28,293 nt of DNA from a virus (taxonomy: Duplodnaviria; Heunggongvirae; Uroviricota; Caudoviricetes), in IMG/VR virus record IMGVR_UViG_2667527592_000009, positions 1-28,293 of that record; one strand, given 5' to 3'. Both the position numbers and the translations under genes were made by a program. Within the stretch, counting starts at the first letter, position 1; each line of letters begins with the position of its first letter. This document shows, in pieces, positions 1 through 10,246 of this stretch. Under the pieces are notes generated by a model. That model was not told the DNA's origin. It did no database searches and saw only the letters and a list, made by a program, of their open reading frames with translations.

Positions 1-1077
<1,077 letters not shown>

Positions 1078-1507
1078 TTACATATTGTTTTCTTATTGTG
1101 ATCAAAAACAACAAATTAATAACAAATAATGTGAGGGATAAGAATTGGGTTGAAAGGAAATGAATAATTAAAACAATATATTAAGTGTGCTTATACTCTT
1201 TTTCGAACTGGTGGCATTTGTTTAAATGCTATTTAAACTGCTTTTTCAGAGTTCAACTTACTGAGTTCCGTGTCGACTAATGTGAGTAAGATCAATCGCA
1301 TCCAACCTATGTTACTTGATGGAATCGATAACAATATTAATGAATATACAGATTCCGGGAAGGCTGGCTATGGGGGCAAATTATTCTCTTTCTGGCAACG
1401 GGTAAATAACAGTGACCATTTGTCGAGAAGCTGATACTGAGCTGAGGGATACTGTATATGTCTGGACTGTAATTGGATGAATTCTATTCAGGGCGGGTCA
1501 GGACCAA

Positions 1508-1531
1508 TAAAAAAGCCCGCATCAGCGGGCT
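1508..1531 (-). terminator. Rho-independent terminator (minus strand)
   Basis: Hairpin GCCCGC-atca-GCGGGC (1515-1530) followed on the minus strand by a run of 6 T (plus-strand A-run 1509-1514); lies about 130 nt downstream of the tmRNA-like 3' end copy. Confidence 0.5.
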
Positions 1532-1660
1532 TTAATGTCATAGGGAGTCGCGACTCCGTTGCGTATCCTTTTTTGTCTCCTCACCGTCTGGTCGGTGTCC
1601 TGCTGAGACTTATAACTTCCTGTTTTTGTTGGTGTAGTCCTTACACCGTCCAATCATGAT

Positions 1661-1705
1661 TGGTGGAGCTGGCGGGAGTTGAACCCGCGTCCGAAATTCC
1701 TACAT
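1661..1705 (-). other. Prophage attachment-site core: 45-nt copy of the 3' end of tmRNA (ssrA) including CCA; not a complete gene
   Basis: Minus-strand sequence ATGTAGGAATTTCGGACGCGGGTTCAACTCCCGCCAGCTCCACCA matches the recalled T-arm/acceptor 3' end of E. coli tmRNA; sequence 5' of it (higher coordinates) does not continue as tmRNA, so this is a partial att copy adjacent to int. Confidence 0.6.
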
Positions 1706-1820
1706 ACCATTTTCACTATAACAAAAACATTAACTTGCGTTTAAAATCATCAAGTTAGTATTATCTTATGTTTGTCCGTTTTACTCATTTTTAATGCTCT
1801 GTCGCCAATCTGTCGCCACA

Positions 1821-2471
1821 TTATCCGCTGCTTGAGTTGAAATCTGTGGGTTTACGGAGATTAGATCTTATGGTTTTTTCAGCGATACGAATAGTCGAAA
1901 ATTTATGCAGGTTCATCAGTGCTATACAAATCCCAAGTGCAAAAAAGTAGCTGGACATTCCTAATCTTTGCATATCAGTAAGTTTATTAATTTTCTCTAA
2001 AATATGTTGGGTTACTAATCCTTCGTATACAAAAGGTATGGAAGTTATAAAACCGCCAATAAAATAGAATGTTAAGCTTATCAGCTTTATAGATTTTCTA
2101 TATATCCAAAAGCGATATCTTTTTTTTGTCCATTTAAATATTTGTTTTTCACTACTAATAGAAATTAGTTTTTGACACTTGCTATAGTTATCAATGTCAT
2201 TAACTGGATCGTTAACACCTAAAAGAATCTCTCTCTGTTCTGGAGTTAGGTTCTTATCTTTTGTTATTGCAGCAATACCATAATTATATGCAACTTTCTT
2301 GATTTTGGGATCTTCAGTATTCTTATATAGATTGTATGCAAACTCGCTAATGTTTTTGCGCGAGTTGAAAATCTTATCTTTGGGGAAAACCCAGCCGGAT
2401 CTTACCGCGAGCATCTGTATGATCGGGGTAATTATCGCGACAGAATACTTAATTATCTCGTTTATGTTCAT
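1821..2471 (-). CDS. Hypothetical membrane protein (AT-rich moron between att and int)
   Basis: 216-aa ORF, visibly AT-rich; two C-terminal hydrophobic segments (SIKLISLTFYFIGGFITSIPFVY and SSYFFALGICIALMNL); start 14 nt downstream of int stop on the same strand. Confidence 0.5.
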   Translation of the reverse strand: MNINEIIKYSVAIITPIIQMLAVRSGWVFPKDKIFNSRKNISEFAYNLYKNTEDPKIKKVAYNYGIAAITKDKNLTPEQREILLGVNDPVNDIDNYSKCQKLISISSEKQIFKWTKKRYRFWIYRKSIKLISLTFYFIGGFITSIPFVYEGLVTQHILEKINKLTDMQRLGMSSYFFALGICIALMNLHKFSTIRIAEKTIRSNLRKPTDFNSSSG

Positions 2472-2485
2472 GATCCATTGTTTAC

Positions 2486-3502
2486 TTAAATTAAGTTATA
2501 AAGAGGGTTTTTTGTTACTGCATCCTCCAGGTGGTCTGGAGAGAAGTGTGCATAAATCATCGTCATTTTAATATCTGAGTGCCCTAAAATATCACGTAAA
2601 ACGAGTATGTTCCCACCGTTCATCATAAAATGGCTGGCAAATGTATGGCGCAGGACGTGGGTGCATTGGCCTTCCGGTAGTTCAATACCGGCCCGTTTTA
2701 CCGCCCGTTCAAAGGCTTTTCTGCATGGTGTGAATAATTTCCCTCGGTTTTTGGGTAGCTCGTTGTACAGATCCTGAGATATCGGTACGGTACGGTTTTT
2801 TTTACCCTTGGTCTTTGTATAGGTAATCCGGTATTTCGATAGTTGATGGCCCTGCAGGTTTTCAGCTTCACTCCAACGAGCACCGGTTGCTAGGCATATT
2901 TTTGCAATCATTAGCAGACTGGGGCTTTGAGAATCAGCACAGGCATCCAGCAGACGTTTAATTTCCTCCGGGGTTAGGAACGCCAGTTCACCCTCCGTAA
3001 TTTTAAATGTTGGAAGCCCGGCAAGCGGGTTGGGGGCTGACCAGTGGCCCAGCTTTTTCAGTGTACCAAAAACAGATGATAGGTTGCGCTGTTCAAGGTT
3101 TACCGTGCGGGGCTTAACGGGTGACATGAACGAGCCGTCTTCATTTTGGACCTCCCCCTTTAATCTGGCTTCCCGATATTTTGTGAAATCACCTGCTGTC
3201 AGCTCAGAGGCGATGGGATCGCCTAGACCATTACAGATAATTCTAAGTTTCGCCATCAGGCGTTTGGGGTCTGCGAGTGTTTGACCATATAGGGAATACC
3301 ACTGCTCAATCACTTCTGATAATCGCCGCCGATCTTCCTTCTCACCAAGCCATGGCTTTTTGTTTACTTCGTTCATGGTGAAGTTTTCGAATGCTATGGC
3401 TTCGCCTTTCGTGGCAAATTGCTTACGCACGCGCTTGCCATTGCGTCCATTGGGATAGCACTCACACAACCATTTTCCGTTCGGCTGTTTTCTGATGGTC
3501 AT
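2486..3502 (-). CDS. int: Tyrosine site-specific integrase, P2/186 family
   Basis: 338-aa ORF with C-terminal catalytic motifs (GARWSEA, HVLRHTFASHF, LGHS...MIYAHF); sits next to the att core and is transcribed toward it; 1-nt gap to upstream cI. Confidence 0.9.
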   Translation of the reverse strand: MTIRKQPNGKWLCECYPNGRNGKRVRKQFATKGEAIAFENFTMNEVNKKPWLGEKEDRRRLSEVIEQWYSLYGQTLADPKRLMAKLRIICNGLGDPIASELTAGDFTKYREARLKGEVQNEDGSFMSPVKPRTVNLEQRNLSSVFGTLKKLGHWSAPNPLAGLPTFKITEGELAFLTPEEIKRLLDACADSQSPSLLMIAKICLATGARWSEAENLQGHQLSKYRITYTKTKGKKNRTVPISQDLYNELPKNRGKLFTPCRKAFERAVKRAGIELPEGQCTHVLRHTFASHFMMNGGNILVLRDILGHSDIKMTMIYAHFSPDHLEDAVTKNPLYNLI

Positions 3503-3503
3503 A

Positions 3504-4136
3504 TCAAAGGCTCTTAATGATTTTCAGTGCACGGCCTACTACCTCAATGTCATCCAGGCCACACTCAAACGATGAATCATCCTGATGCACTACTAATCTG
3601 TTTCCCGGGAGTCGAGTCAATTTAACAATGCTTTTTATCCCGTCGATATCGACTAACCACATACCATTCACTGGTGGTGTTTGGTTGCGATCTATTAAAT
3701 AAGAATCACCAGAAGTAGTCACCAGCAGTAGGTTGCTTGAGTCTGAGGGGAGTATGCTGCTATCAATGATTGCTTTTCCAGCATCGACCAATAAACCACC
3801 GTTGAGAGTCGCCTTGTCAATTTCAGGAGATACTAGTTCAGAAAGAGGTACAACCTTGCTGGAGTTCACGGAATTGATATTTTTTTGGGGTTCAATGTTT
3901 GGACCTGGCTCCCCCTGTCCGGTGGTTAGCCACAGTAAAGAAACTCCTGTTTCCAAGGCGCACTGAATCACCCACTCTGCAGGAAAACTATCTCTTAAGT
4001 ATCTGTTTGCCATGGTGCTTTTTGATGCGCCTAAGTGATCGCAAAGTTGCTGTCTGGACTTGAAATCATAGGCTGCCATTAGTCTATGGATAGCTTCTCT
4101 TCCCCCTGTATTCTCTCCAGCCTTTACCTGTATCAT
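3504..4136 (-). CDS. cI: CI-type immunity repressor (186-like)
   Basis: 210-aa ORF immediately upstream of int on the same strand and divergent from the apl/cII lytic operon; helix-turn-helix-like N-terminal region; RBS AGGA upstream of ATG at 4136. Confidence 0.7.
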   Translation of the reverse strand: MIQVKAGENTGGREAIHRLMAAYDFKSRQQLCDHLGASKSTMANRYLRDSFPAEWVIQCALETGVSLLWLTTGQGEPGPNIEPQKNINSVNSSKVVPLSELVSPEIDKATLNGGLLVDAGKAIIDSSILPSDSSNLLLVTTSGDSYLIDRNQTPPVNGMWLVDIDGIKSIVKLTRLPGNRLVVHQDDSSFECGLDDIEVVGRALKIIKSL

Positions 4137-4148
4137 TTTTTAATCCTG

Positions 4149-4177
4149 TTGACGCATCAAATATTGGATCGTAGTAT
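4149..4177 (+). promoter_or_regulatory. Putative lytic promoter pR (sigma70): TTGACG-17 nt-TAGTAT
   Basis: -35 TTGACG 4149-4154, 17-nt spacer, -10 TAGTAT 4172-4177, about 80 nt upstream of apl start; overlapped by repeated operator-like 15-mers. Confidence 0.5.
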
Positions 4178-4200
4178 CTCGATGTATCAAATATTGAATC
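4156..4200. promoter_or_regulatory. Operator-like direct repeats ATCAAATATTG(G/A)ATC, two copies 30 bp apart
   Basis: 15-mers at 4156-4170 and 4186-4200 differ at one position, each centred on palindromic AATATT, overlapping the pR spacer and the start region. Confidence 0.4.
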
Positions 4201-4255
4201 AATTAAAACGAGATAAAACGACGTAAACCAAACCTTAATCGGGAGATACTGCACT

Positions 4256-4498
4256 ATGAGCACTGATATTTCAATTCGTGTACCAAAAGAGATGGCTACG
4301 CCTGCAGAGTTCGCGGAATGGGAAGGTATCTCCCGCGGCTCCGTGTATCAAAAAATTCACCATGGTCAGCTTGCTAAATACATGGTCAAGAAAGAAAAAA
4401 ATAAAGGCCGCGTAAACCTTCGTTATCTGATGTACAAAACTGATCAGGTCCGTGAATCCCTCGGTCATTCCAACTTCCGCGTCATTGTTGGTAAGTAA
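4256..4498 (+). CDS. apl: Apl-like excisionase/transcriptional regulator (Cox/Apl functional analogue)
   Basis: 80-aa first gene of the rightward operon, HTH-like segment TPAEFAEWEGISRGSVYQKI; RBS GGGAG upstream. Confidence 0.55.
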   Translation: MSTDISIRVPKEMATPAEFAEWEGISRGSVYQKIHHGQLAKYMVKKEKNKGRVNLRYLMYKTDQVRESLGHSNFRVIVGK

Positions 4499-4530
4499 GT
4501 TCAATTATGGGAACTTTCTAAGGGGGCACC

Positions 4531-5040
4531 ATGTTTGATTACAAGATTTCCAAACATCCGCATTTCGATGAAGCCTGTAGGGCTTTTGCACTGCGTCACA
4601 ACCTGGTGCAACTGGCAGAACGTGCAGGCATGAATGTACAGATTCTGCGGAACAAGCTGAACCCAGCTCAGCCTCATTTATTAACCGCACCAGAAATCTG
4701 GCTGCTTACCGATCTGACTGAAGATTCAACGCTGGTAGATGGTTTTCTGGCACAGATTCATTGTCTGCCATGTGTACCGATTAATGAGGTGGCAAAAGAG
4801 AAACTGCCACATTACGTCATGAGTGCAACCGCAGAGATCGGGCGTGTTGCTGCAGGTGCGGTATCTGGCGATGTAAAAACCTGTGCCGGTCGTCGTGATG
4901 CTATCAGCAGCATTAACTCTGTAACACGACTGATGGCGCTGGCGGCTGTTTCATTGCAGGCCCGTTTACAGGCTAATCCTGCGATGGCGAGTGCAGTTGA
5001 TACCGTGACTGGCCTCGGTGCTTCATTCGGTTTGCTGTGA
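4531..5040 (+). CDS. cII: CII-like lysogeny-establishment regulator (186 CII-like)
   Basis: 169-aa ORF directly after apl, size and position as in phage 186; RBS AAGGGGG upstream. Confidence 0.55.
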   Translation: MFDYKISKHPHFDEACRAFALRHNLVQLAERAGMNVQILRNKLNPAQPHLLTAPEIWLLTDLTEDSTLVDGFLAQIHCLPCVPINEVAKEKLPHYVMSATAEIGRVAAGAVSGDVKTCAGRRDAISSINSVTRLMALAAVSLQARLQANPAMASAVDTVTGLGASFGLL

Positions 5041-5047
5041 GGTGCTT

Positions 5048-5344
5048 ATGCTGACGAAAGAACCATCATTTGCATCGCTGCTGGTAAAACAAAGCCCGGC
5101 AATGCACTACGGTCACGGCTGGATCATGGGTGAGGATGGTAAACGCTGGCATCCGTGCCGTTCACAAGATGAATTGCTGTCTGAATTGACCACGGGGAAA
5201 CGGAGAAAGTCAAAATGTATGCAGCGGAAAGTGAAGTGGTTTATCAGTTTCGTTACAGAGGGGAGAGTTATTCAGTACCTGAAGATGATTTGCTCTGTTG
5301 TTATCCGTCGTTGTCGGGCGATGGCAGTTACTTTTTCACGCTAA
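5048..5344 (+). CDS. Hypothetical early protein, possibly Fil-like; 3' part probably not genuine coding
   Basis: ATG at 5048 with RBS GAGGTG; N-terminal about 55 aa look protein-like (HYGHGWIMGEDGKRWHPC), but the frame runs on over the next well-supported ORF with an Arg/Cys-rich atypical tail. Confidence 0.3.
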   Translation: MLTKEPSFASLLVKQSPAMHYGHGWIMGEDGKRWHPCRSQDELLSELTTGKRRKSKCMQRKVKWFISFVTEGRVIQYLKMICSVVIRRCRAMAVTFSR

Positions 5345-5439
5345 AGGATGGGACGTTTTTACGGGGAGAGCAGGTTAAAGAAACGATACGAAAAAATGTA
5401 TCTCCTCTCGAACGTTACCGTAAGAACAAAGAACAATAG
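5215..5439 (+). CDS. Hypothetical early protein
   Basis: 74-aa ORF with strong RBS (GGAGAAAG, about 8 nt before ATG) and balanced composition. Confidence 0.45.
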   Translation: MYAAESEVVYQFRYRGESYSVPEDDLLCCYPSLSGDGSYFFTLKDGTFLRGEQVKETIRKNVSPLERYRKNKEQ

Positions 5440-5461
5440 TTGCGTTTTGGGGATATGAATT

Positions 5462-5803
5462 ATGGCAATTAATGGCGCTGCAGCGACTGTTCCATTAAGC
5501 CCCGGTGAACGCCTGAATGGACTTAATCATATTGCGGAGTTAAGGGCGAAAGTATTTGGCCTTAATATTGAGTCAGAGCTTGAGCGGTTTATTAAAGATA
5601 TGCGTGATCCACGGGATATCAATAATGAACAAAATAAACGGGCACTGGCTGCCATATTCTTTATGGCAAAAATTCCAGCTGAACGTCATAGCATCAGCAT
5701 TAATGAGCTGACCACTGACGAAAAGCGGGAGTTGATTAAAGCAATGAATCATTTTCGTGCAGTGGTGAGCTTATTTCCCAGACGGCTAACCATGCCGAAT
5801 TAA
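5462..5803 (+). CDS. Hypothetical early-operon protein
   Basis: 113-aa ORF in the operon, RBS GGGGA upstream. Confidence 0.5.
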   Translation: MAINGAAATVPLSPGERLNGLNHIAELRAKVFGLNIESELERFIKDMRDPRDINNEQNKRALAAIFFMAKIPAERHSISINELTTDEKRELIKAMNHFRAVVSLFPRRLTMPN

Positions 5804-5870
5804 CCAACTAATGAAATTAATGGCGTAAACCCGCCGGGCATCCCTTTATCTAAATTCAGGAGAATTGATT

Positions 5871-6104
5871 ATGCGTAATATTGAAACCCTCTCGACTAAA
5901 ACCGGACCGGATGACGCAGGGCTTAATATTTTACTGACAGAGGCTCGTCTGGAAGAACGCCGGGCAAGGGCTGAAGCAATGGCAGCTCGCCTTGATAGCC
6001 TGGCGTGTCATATCACATCCCGCCAGCTAAACCACGTCGAAGCGGCAGAACTGCTGCGTGTAACTGCTGAAGCAATCCAGAACGAAGCGCAGGAGATCCA
6101 CTAA
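5871..6104 (+). CDS. Hypothetical early-operon protein
   Basis: ATG at 5871 with RBS AGGAGA 8 nt upstream; stop overlaps the next gene start (TAATG). Confidence 0.5.
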   Translation: MRNIETLSTKTGPDDAGLNILLTEARLEERRARAEAMAARLDSLACHITSRQLNHVEAAELLRVTAEAIQNEAQEIH

Positions 6105-6331
6105 TGGCTGATGCAATGGATCTCGTACAGCAGCGCGTTGAAGAAGAACGCCAGCGCCATATTCGTGCTGCCCGTGCCAAAACACCGGGCGTGTCTCGCG
6201 TGCTTTGTATTGAATGTGAAGCGCCAATTCCGCCAGCACGACGCCGCGCCATTCCGGGAGTGCAGCTTTGCATTACCTGCCAGGAAATCGTAGAGCTGAA
6301 AGGCAAACATTACAACGGAGGTGCTGTATGA
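6104..6331 (+). CDS. TraR/DksA-family C4 zinc-finger protein
   Basis: 75-aa ORF with CIECEAPIP...CITCQ (CxxC-N17-CxxC) typical of phage/plasmid TraR-like proteins; stop overlaps next start (ATGA). Confidence 0.7.
   Translation: MADAMDLVQQRVEEERQRHIRAARAKTPGVSRVLCIECEAPIPPARRRAIPGVQLCITCQEIVELKGKHYNGGAV
6317..6331 (+). repeat. 15-nt direct repeat GGAGGTGCTGTATGA (copy 1, TraR-like stop / ASCH-like start junction)
   Basis: Exact match to 6616-6630. Confidence 0.8.
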
Positions 6332-6630
6332 CAGGGGCTGTGCGTATCCATCAATTAAAAATTGCACCTAAGTATTTCAATGCTGTGGTTGCAGGTCAAA
6401 AGACGGCTGAACTTCGTAAAGACGATCGTGGCTATAAAGTTGGTGATGTTCTTTCTCTTTGCGAATGGAAGCATGGCGTATTTACGGGTAGGGAATGGGC
6501 CGCGGTTATCTCTCATGTGCTTCCGGTTAATGACGTCATGGCAGTTTCAGAACAATGGGTGATGCTATCAATTCGCTCATTAACCCCATTAGAAGCTTTA
6601 GGATATGTTATTGCAGGAGGTGCTGTATGA
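6328..6630 (+). CDS. ASCH/DUF3850-like small protein (putative RNA-binding fold)
   Basis: 100-aa ORF from ATG 6328 with RBS GGAGG; family assignment from recalled motif resemblance only; flanked by identical 15-nt junction repeats. Confidence 0.4.
   Translation: MTGAVRIHQLKIAPKYFNAVVAGQKTAELRKDDRGYKVGDVLSLCEWKHGVFTGREWAAVISHVLPVNDVMAVSEQWVMLSIRSLTPLEALGYVIAGGAV
6616..6630 (+). repeat. 15-nt direct repeat GGAGGTGCTGTATGA (copy 2, ASCH-like stop / Dam start junction)
   Basis: Exact match to 6317-6331; both upstream proteins end in GGAV*. Confidence 0.8.
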
Positions 6631-7484
6631 GCACCATCCTGAAATGGGCGGGAAATAAAACCGCAATTATGTCTGAACTGAAAAAACACCTTCCTGCTGG
6701 CCCGCGACTGGTTGAACCTTTCGCGGGTTCCTGTGCTGTGATGATGGAGACGGATTATCCAAGCTATCTGGTTGCGGATATTAATCCTGATTTAATCAAC
6801 CTCTATAAAAAGGTTGCCGCTGATTGTGAATCGTTTATATCTCGCGCCAGAGTTTTATTTAAGGAAGCAAACAGGGAGGTGGCTTATTACAACATAAGGC
6901 AGGAGTTTAATTACTCAAATGAAATTACTGATTTCATGAAAGCGGTATATTTCCTGTATCTCAATCGTCACGGTTACCGTGGTTTATGTCGCTATAACAA
7001 GAGCGGGCATTTCAACATTCCCTACGGTAATTATAAAAATCCGTATTTCCCAGAAAAAGAAATTCGCGCATTTGCAGAAAAAGCCCAGCGGGCAACGTTT
7101 ATCTGCGCCAGCTTTGATGAAACGCTGGCGATGTTGAAGGCGGAGGATGTGGTGTATTGCGATCCGCCGTATGACGGCACGTTTTCCGGTTATCACACTG
7201 ACGGCTTCACTGAAGATGACCAGTATCACCTGGCATCCGTTCTTGAACATCGGTCATCAGAAGGACATCCGGTCATTGTTTCTAACAGTGACACATCCCT
7301 GATCCGTTCGCTGTATCGCAATTTTACTCACCACTACATCAAGGCAAAACGCAGCATCGGTGTGGCAGCTGGCGAGGGTAAATCAGCAACAGAAATCATT
7401 GCTGTTTCCGGGCCGCGCTGCTGGGTGGGATTTGATTATTCGCGTGGCGTGGATAGTTCTGCCGTGTACGGAGTACGTGCATGA
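6627..7484 (+). CDS. dam: DNA adenine methyltransferase (Dam-like, GATC-type N6-adenine MTase)
   Basis: 285-aa product with KWAGNK (AdoMet binding) and DPPY catalytic motif, [15 protein letters not shown] block as in E. coli Dam; start overlaps previous stop and stop overlaps gene A start. Confidence 0.85.
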   Translation: MSTILKWAGNKTAIMSELKKHLPAGPRLVEPFAGSCAVMMETDYPSYLVADINPDLINLYKKVAADCESFISRARVLFKEANREVAYYNIRQEFNYSNEITDFMKAVYFLYLNRHGYRGLCRYNKSGHFNIPYGNYKNPYFPEKEIRAFAEKAQRATFICASFDETLAMLKAEDVVYCDPPYDGTFSGYHTDGFTEDDQYHLASVLEHRSSEGHPVIVSNSDTSLIRSLYRNFTHHYIKAKRSIGVAAGEGKSATEIIAVSGPRCWVGFDYSRGVDSSAVYGVRA

Positions 7485-9895
7485 GTCATGCCGATATGAA
7501 CAACTGCTGCGGCTTTAACGAAGCTGCCGCATCGTTCTCATGGAACAGCCCGAAAAAGGCCATTAACCCTTATCTGGACCCGGCGGAAGTTGCGCCGGTT
7601 TCTACGCTTTCAAACCTGATCACTCTGTACGCTGCCGATAACGAGCAGGAACAGCTGCGCCGTGAGGCGCTGAGTGATCAGGTCTGGGAGCGTTATTTCT
7701 TTAATGAATCCCGTGATCCTGTCCAGCGCGAAATGGAGCAGGATAAGCTCATTAGTCGGGCAAAGCTGGCGCATGAGCAGCAGCGTTTTAACCCGGACAT
7801 GGTCATTCTGGCAGACGTCAGCGCCCAGCCCTCCCATATCAGCAAGCCGCTGATGCAACGTATTGAATACTTCAGCAGCCTTGGCAGGCCAAAGGCTTAT
7901 TCCCGCTATTTGCGTGAGACGATTAAGCCATGTCTGGAACGGCTGGAGCATGTACGCGACAGTCAGCTATCCACATCTTTTCGCTTTATGGCAAGCCATG
8001 AAGGGCTGGACGGCCTGCTGATTCTGCCTGAAATGAGTCAGGATCAGGTGAAACGCCTGTCCACCCTTGTTGCTGCGCATATGAGCATGTGCCTTGATGC
8101 AGCTTGTGGCGATTTGTATGCCACCGATGACGTTAAGCCAGAAGAAATCCGCAAGACATGGGAAAAGGTGGCAGCAGAAACCCTGCGACTGGATGTCATA
8201 CCGCCTGCGTTTGAGCAACTCCGCCGGAAAAGAAACCGCCGTAAACCCGTGCCATATGAACTCATTCCGGGTTCGCTGGCGCGTATGTTGTGCGCCGATT
8301 GGTGGTACCGGAAATTATGGAAGATGCGTTGCGAATGGCGGGAAGAGCAGTTGCGTGCTGTTTGCCTGGTCAGCAAAAAAGCATCTCCCTATGTCAGCTA
8401 TGAAGCCGTGATGCATAAACGTGAGCAGCGCCGTAAGTCGCTGGAGTTTTTCCGTTCTCATGAACTGGTGAACGAAGACGGCGACACGCTGGACATGGAG
8501 GATGTGGTAAACGCCAGCAGCAGCAACCCTGCGCATCGCCGCAATGAGATGATGGCCTGTGTTAAAGGTCTGGAGCTTATCGCGGAAATGCGCGGTGACT
8601 GCGCCGTTTTCTACACCATCACCTGTCCGTCACGTTTCCATTCCACGCTAAATAACGGCAGGCCCAACCCGACCTGGACAAATACGACGGTAAGACAAAG
8701 CAGTGATTATCTGGTCGGCATGTTTGCTGCATTTCGTAAGGCGATGCACAAAGCCGGATTGCGCTGGTATGGCGTGCGGGTGGCTGAGCCGCATCATGAC
8801 GGTACAGTTCACTGGCACCTGTTGTGTTTTATGAGCAAAAAAGATCGCCGCACCATTACTGCTTTGTTGCGTAAGTTTGCCATTCGTGAAGACCGCGAGG
8901 AGCTGGGTAATAACACGGGACCACGCTTTAAGTCTGAGCTGATAAACCCGCGCAAAGGTACGCCAACAAGCTACATCGCGAAATACATCAGTAAGAACAT
9001 TGACGGGCGTGGTCTGGCTGGCGAGATCAGCAAGGAAACGGGTAAATCCCTGCGTGATAACGCTGAATACGTTAATGCCTGGGCGTCTCTGCATCGTGTT
9101 CAGCAATTCCGCTTCTTTGGCATTCCGGGGCGTCAGGCTTACCGTGAACTGCGATTGCTGGCTGGTCAGGCGGCAAGGCAACAGGGGGACAAAAAAGCAG
9201 GTGCGCCGGTACTGGATAACCCGCGCCTTGATGCAATCCTGGCTGCTGCTGATGCTGGTTGTTTTGCCACCTACATCATGAAGCAGGGCGGCGTACTGGT
9301 TCCCCGCAAATATCACCTCATCAGAACTGCTTATGAAATCAACGAAGAACCGACCGCATATGGCGATCACGGTATTCGTATTTATGGCATCTGGTCACCC
9401 ATTGCAGAGGGCAAGATCTGCACTCATGCGGTGAAGTGGAAAATGGTTCGTAAGGCCGTTGACGTTCAGGAGGCGGCAGCCGACCAGGGCGCTTGCGCCC
9501 CTTGGACTCGTGGCAATAACTGTCCCCTTGCTGAAAATTTGAACCAACAAGGGAAAGACAAATCAGCTGATGGGGATACCAGAACGGACATTACCCGCAT
9601 GGATGACAAGGAGTTGCACGAATACCTGCACAGTATGAGCAAAAAAGAGCGCCGGGAACTGGCTGCAAGGTTACGCCTGGTGAAACCGAAACGGCGTAAA
9701 GACTACAAACAGCGAATTACAGACCATCAGCGACAGCAGCTCGTCTATGAACTGAAGTCCAGAGGATTTGATGGCAGCGAGAAAGAGGTCGATTTACTCC
9801 TTCGCGGCGGCAGTATTCCGTCAGGAGCAGGCCTGCGTATCTTCTATCGGAACCAGCGTTTGCAGGAAGATGATAAGTGGCGGAACCTGTATTAA
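7481..9895 (+). CDS. A: Replication initiation endonuclease, P2 gpA family (rolling-circle initiator)
   Basis: 804-aa ORF with HUH-like TVHWHLLCF and two-tyrosine YIAKYISK motifs; position after the early operon as in P2/186. Confidence 0.85.
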   Translation: MSHADMNNCCGFNEAAASFSWNSPKKAINPYLDPAEVAPVSTLSNLITLYAADNEQEQLRREALSDQVWERYFFNESRDPVQREMEQDKLISRAKLAHEQQRFNPDMVILADVSAQPSHISKPLMQRIEYFSSLGRPKAYSRYLRETIKPCLERLEHVRDSQLSTSFRFMASHEGLDGLLILPEMSQDQVKRLSTLVAAHMSMCLDAACGDLYATDDVKPEEIRKTWEKVAAETLRLDVIPPAFEQLRRKRNRRKPVPYELIPGSLARMLCADWWYRKLWKMRCEWREEQLRAVCLVSKKASPYVSYEAVMHKREQRRKSLEFFRSHELVNEDGDTLDMEDVVNASSSNPAHRRNEMMACVKGLELIAEMRGDCAVFYTITCPSRFHSTLNNGRPNPTWTNTTVRQSSDYLVGMFAAFRKAMHKAGLRWYGVRVAEPHHDGTVHWHLLCFMSKKDRRTITALLRKFAIREDREELGNNTGPRFKSELINPRKGTPTSYIAKYISKNIDGRGLAGEISKETGKSLRDNAEYVNAWASLHRVQQFRFFGIPGRQAYRELRLLAGQAARQQGDKKAGAPVLDNPRLDAILAAADAGCFATYIMKQGGVLVPRKYHLIRTAYEINEEPTAYGDHGIRIYGIWSPIAEGKICTHAVKWKMVRKAVDVQEAAADQGACAPWTRGNNCPLAENLNQQGKDKSADGDTRTDITRMDDKELHEYLHSMSKKERRELAARLRLVKPKRRKDYKQRITDHQRQQLVYELKSRGFDGSEKEVDLLLRGGSIPSGAGLRIFYRNQRLQEDDKWRNLY

Positions 9896-9987
9896 TTACG
9901 CGGGTTAACAATTCGTGCTCTTAATAATACCAGGCATTTCAGGCTGATGAACGTAAAAAAACGTTTTACATCAGTAAGATTATTATA

Positions 9988-10007
9988 TACTGTAAATATA
10001 AACAGTG
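9988..10007. promoter_or_regulatory. LexA (SOS) box TACTGTaaatataaACAGTG
   Basis: CTGT-N8-ACAG with AT-rich spacer, about 40 bp upstream of the ATG at 10048; a TTTACA -35-like hexamer lies at 9965-9970. Confidence 0.6.
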
Positions 10008-10047
10008 GTTATATGTACAGTATTTCTTTGGTGTCATAGGAGGAAAG

Positions 10048-10236
10048 ATGCAGGACTATTTTTTGGAGTCTTTGAAGCTCCAGCGCATTGATTTTTTTCT
10101 TAAGCTTGTAGCGGCTAGTGAGTGTAGTGATGAAGAGAAGGGGCTGGCTCTGCAGTGGGTTTCTGAATTGACTGATGAACTCATGGCAAAAATCAGAACC
10201 CACGAATACAACCGCTCAATGGATGTCATCAGCTGA
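10048..10236 (+). CDS. Small SOS-controlled protein (candidate antirepressor, Tum-position analogue)
   Basis: 62-aa ORF with strong RBS (TAGGAGGAAAG) downstream of the LexA box; first gene of a two-gene module with the DinI homologue. Confidence 0.45.
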   Translation: MQDYFLESLKLQRIDFFLKLVAASECSDEEKGLALQWVSELTDELMAKIRTHEYNRSMDVIS

Positions 10237-10246
10237 GGTGACCTTT

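Noticed and set aside
1477-1659. 60-aa plus-strand ORF
   Set aside because: Runs through the terminator hairpin and up to the att core; no RBS; almost certainly not coding.
1661-1705. Possible complete tRNA or tmRNA gene
   Set aside because: Only the 3' 45 nt match tmRNA; the sequence 5' of it diverges, so it is an att partial copy.
9896-9960. Terminator after gene A
   Set aside because: Only a weak AACGT-aaaaaa-ACGTT symmetry with a very short stem; not convincing as an intrinsic terminator.
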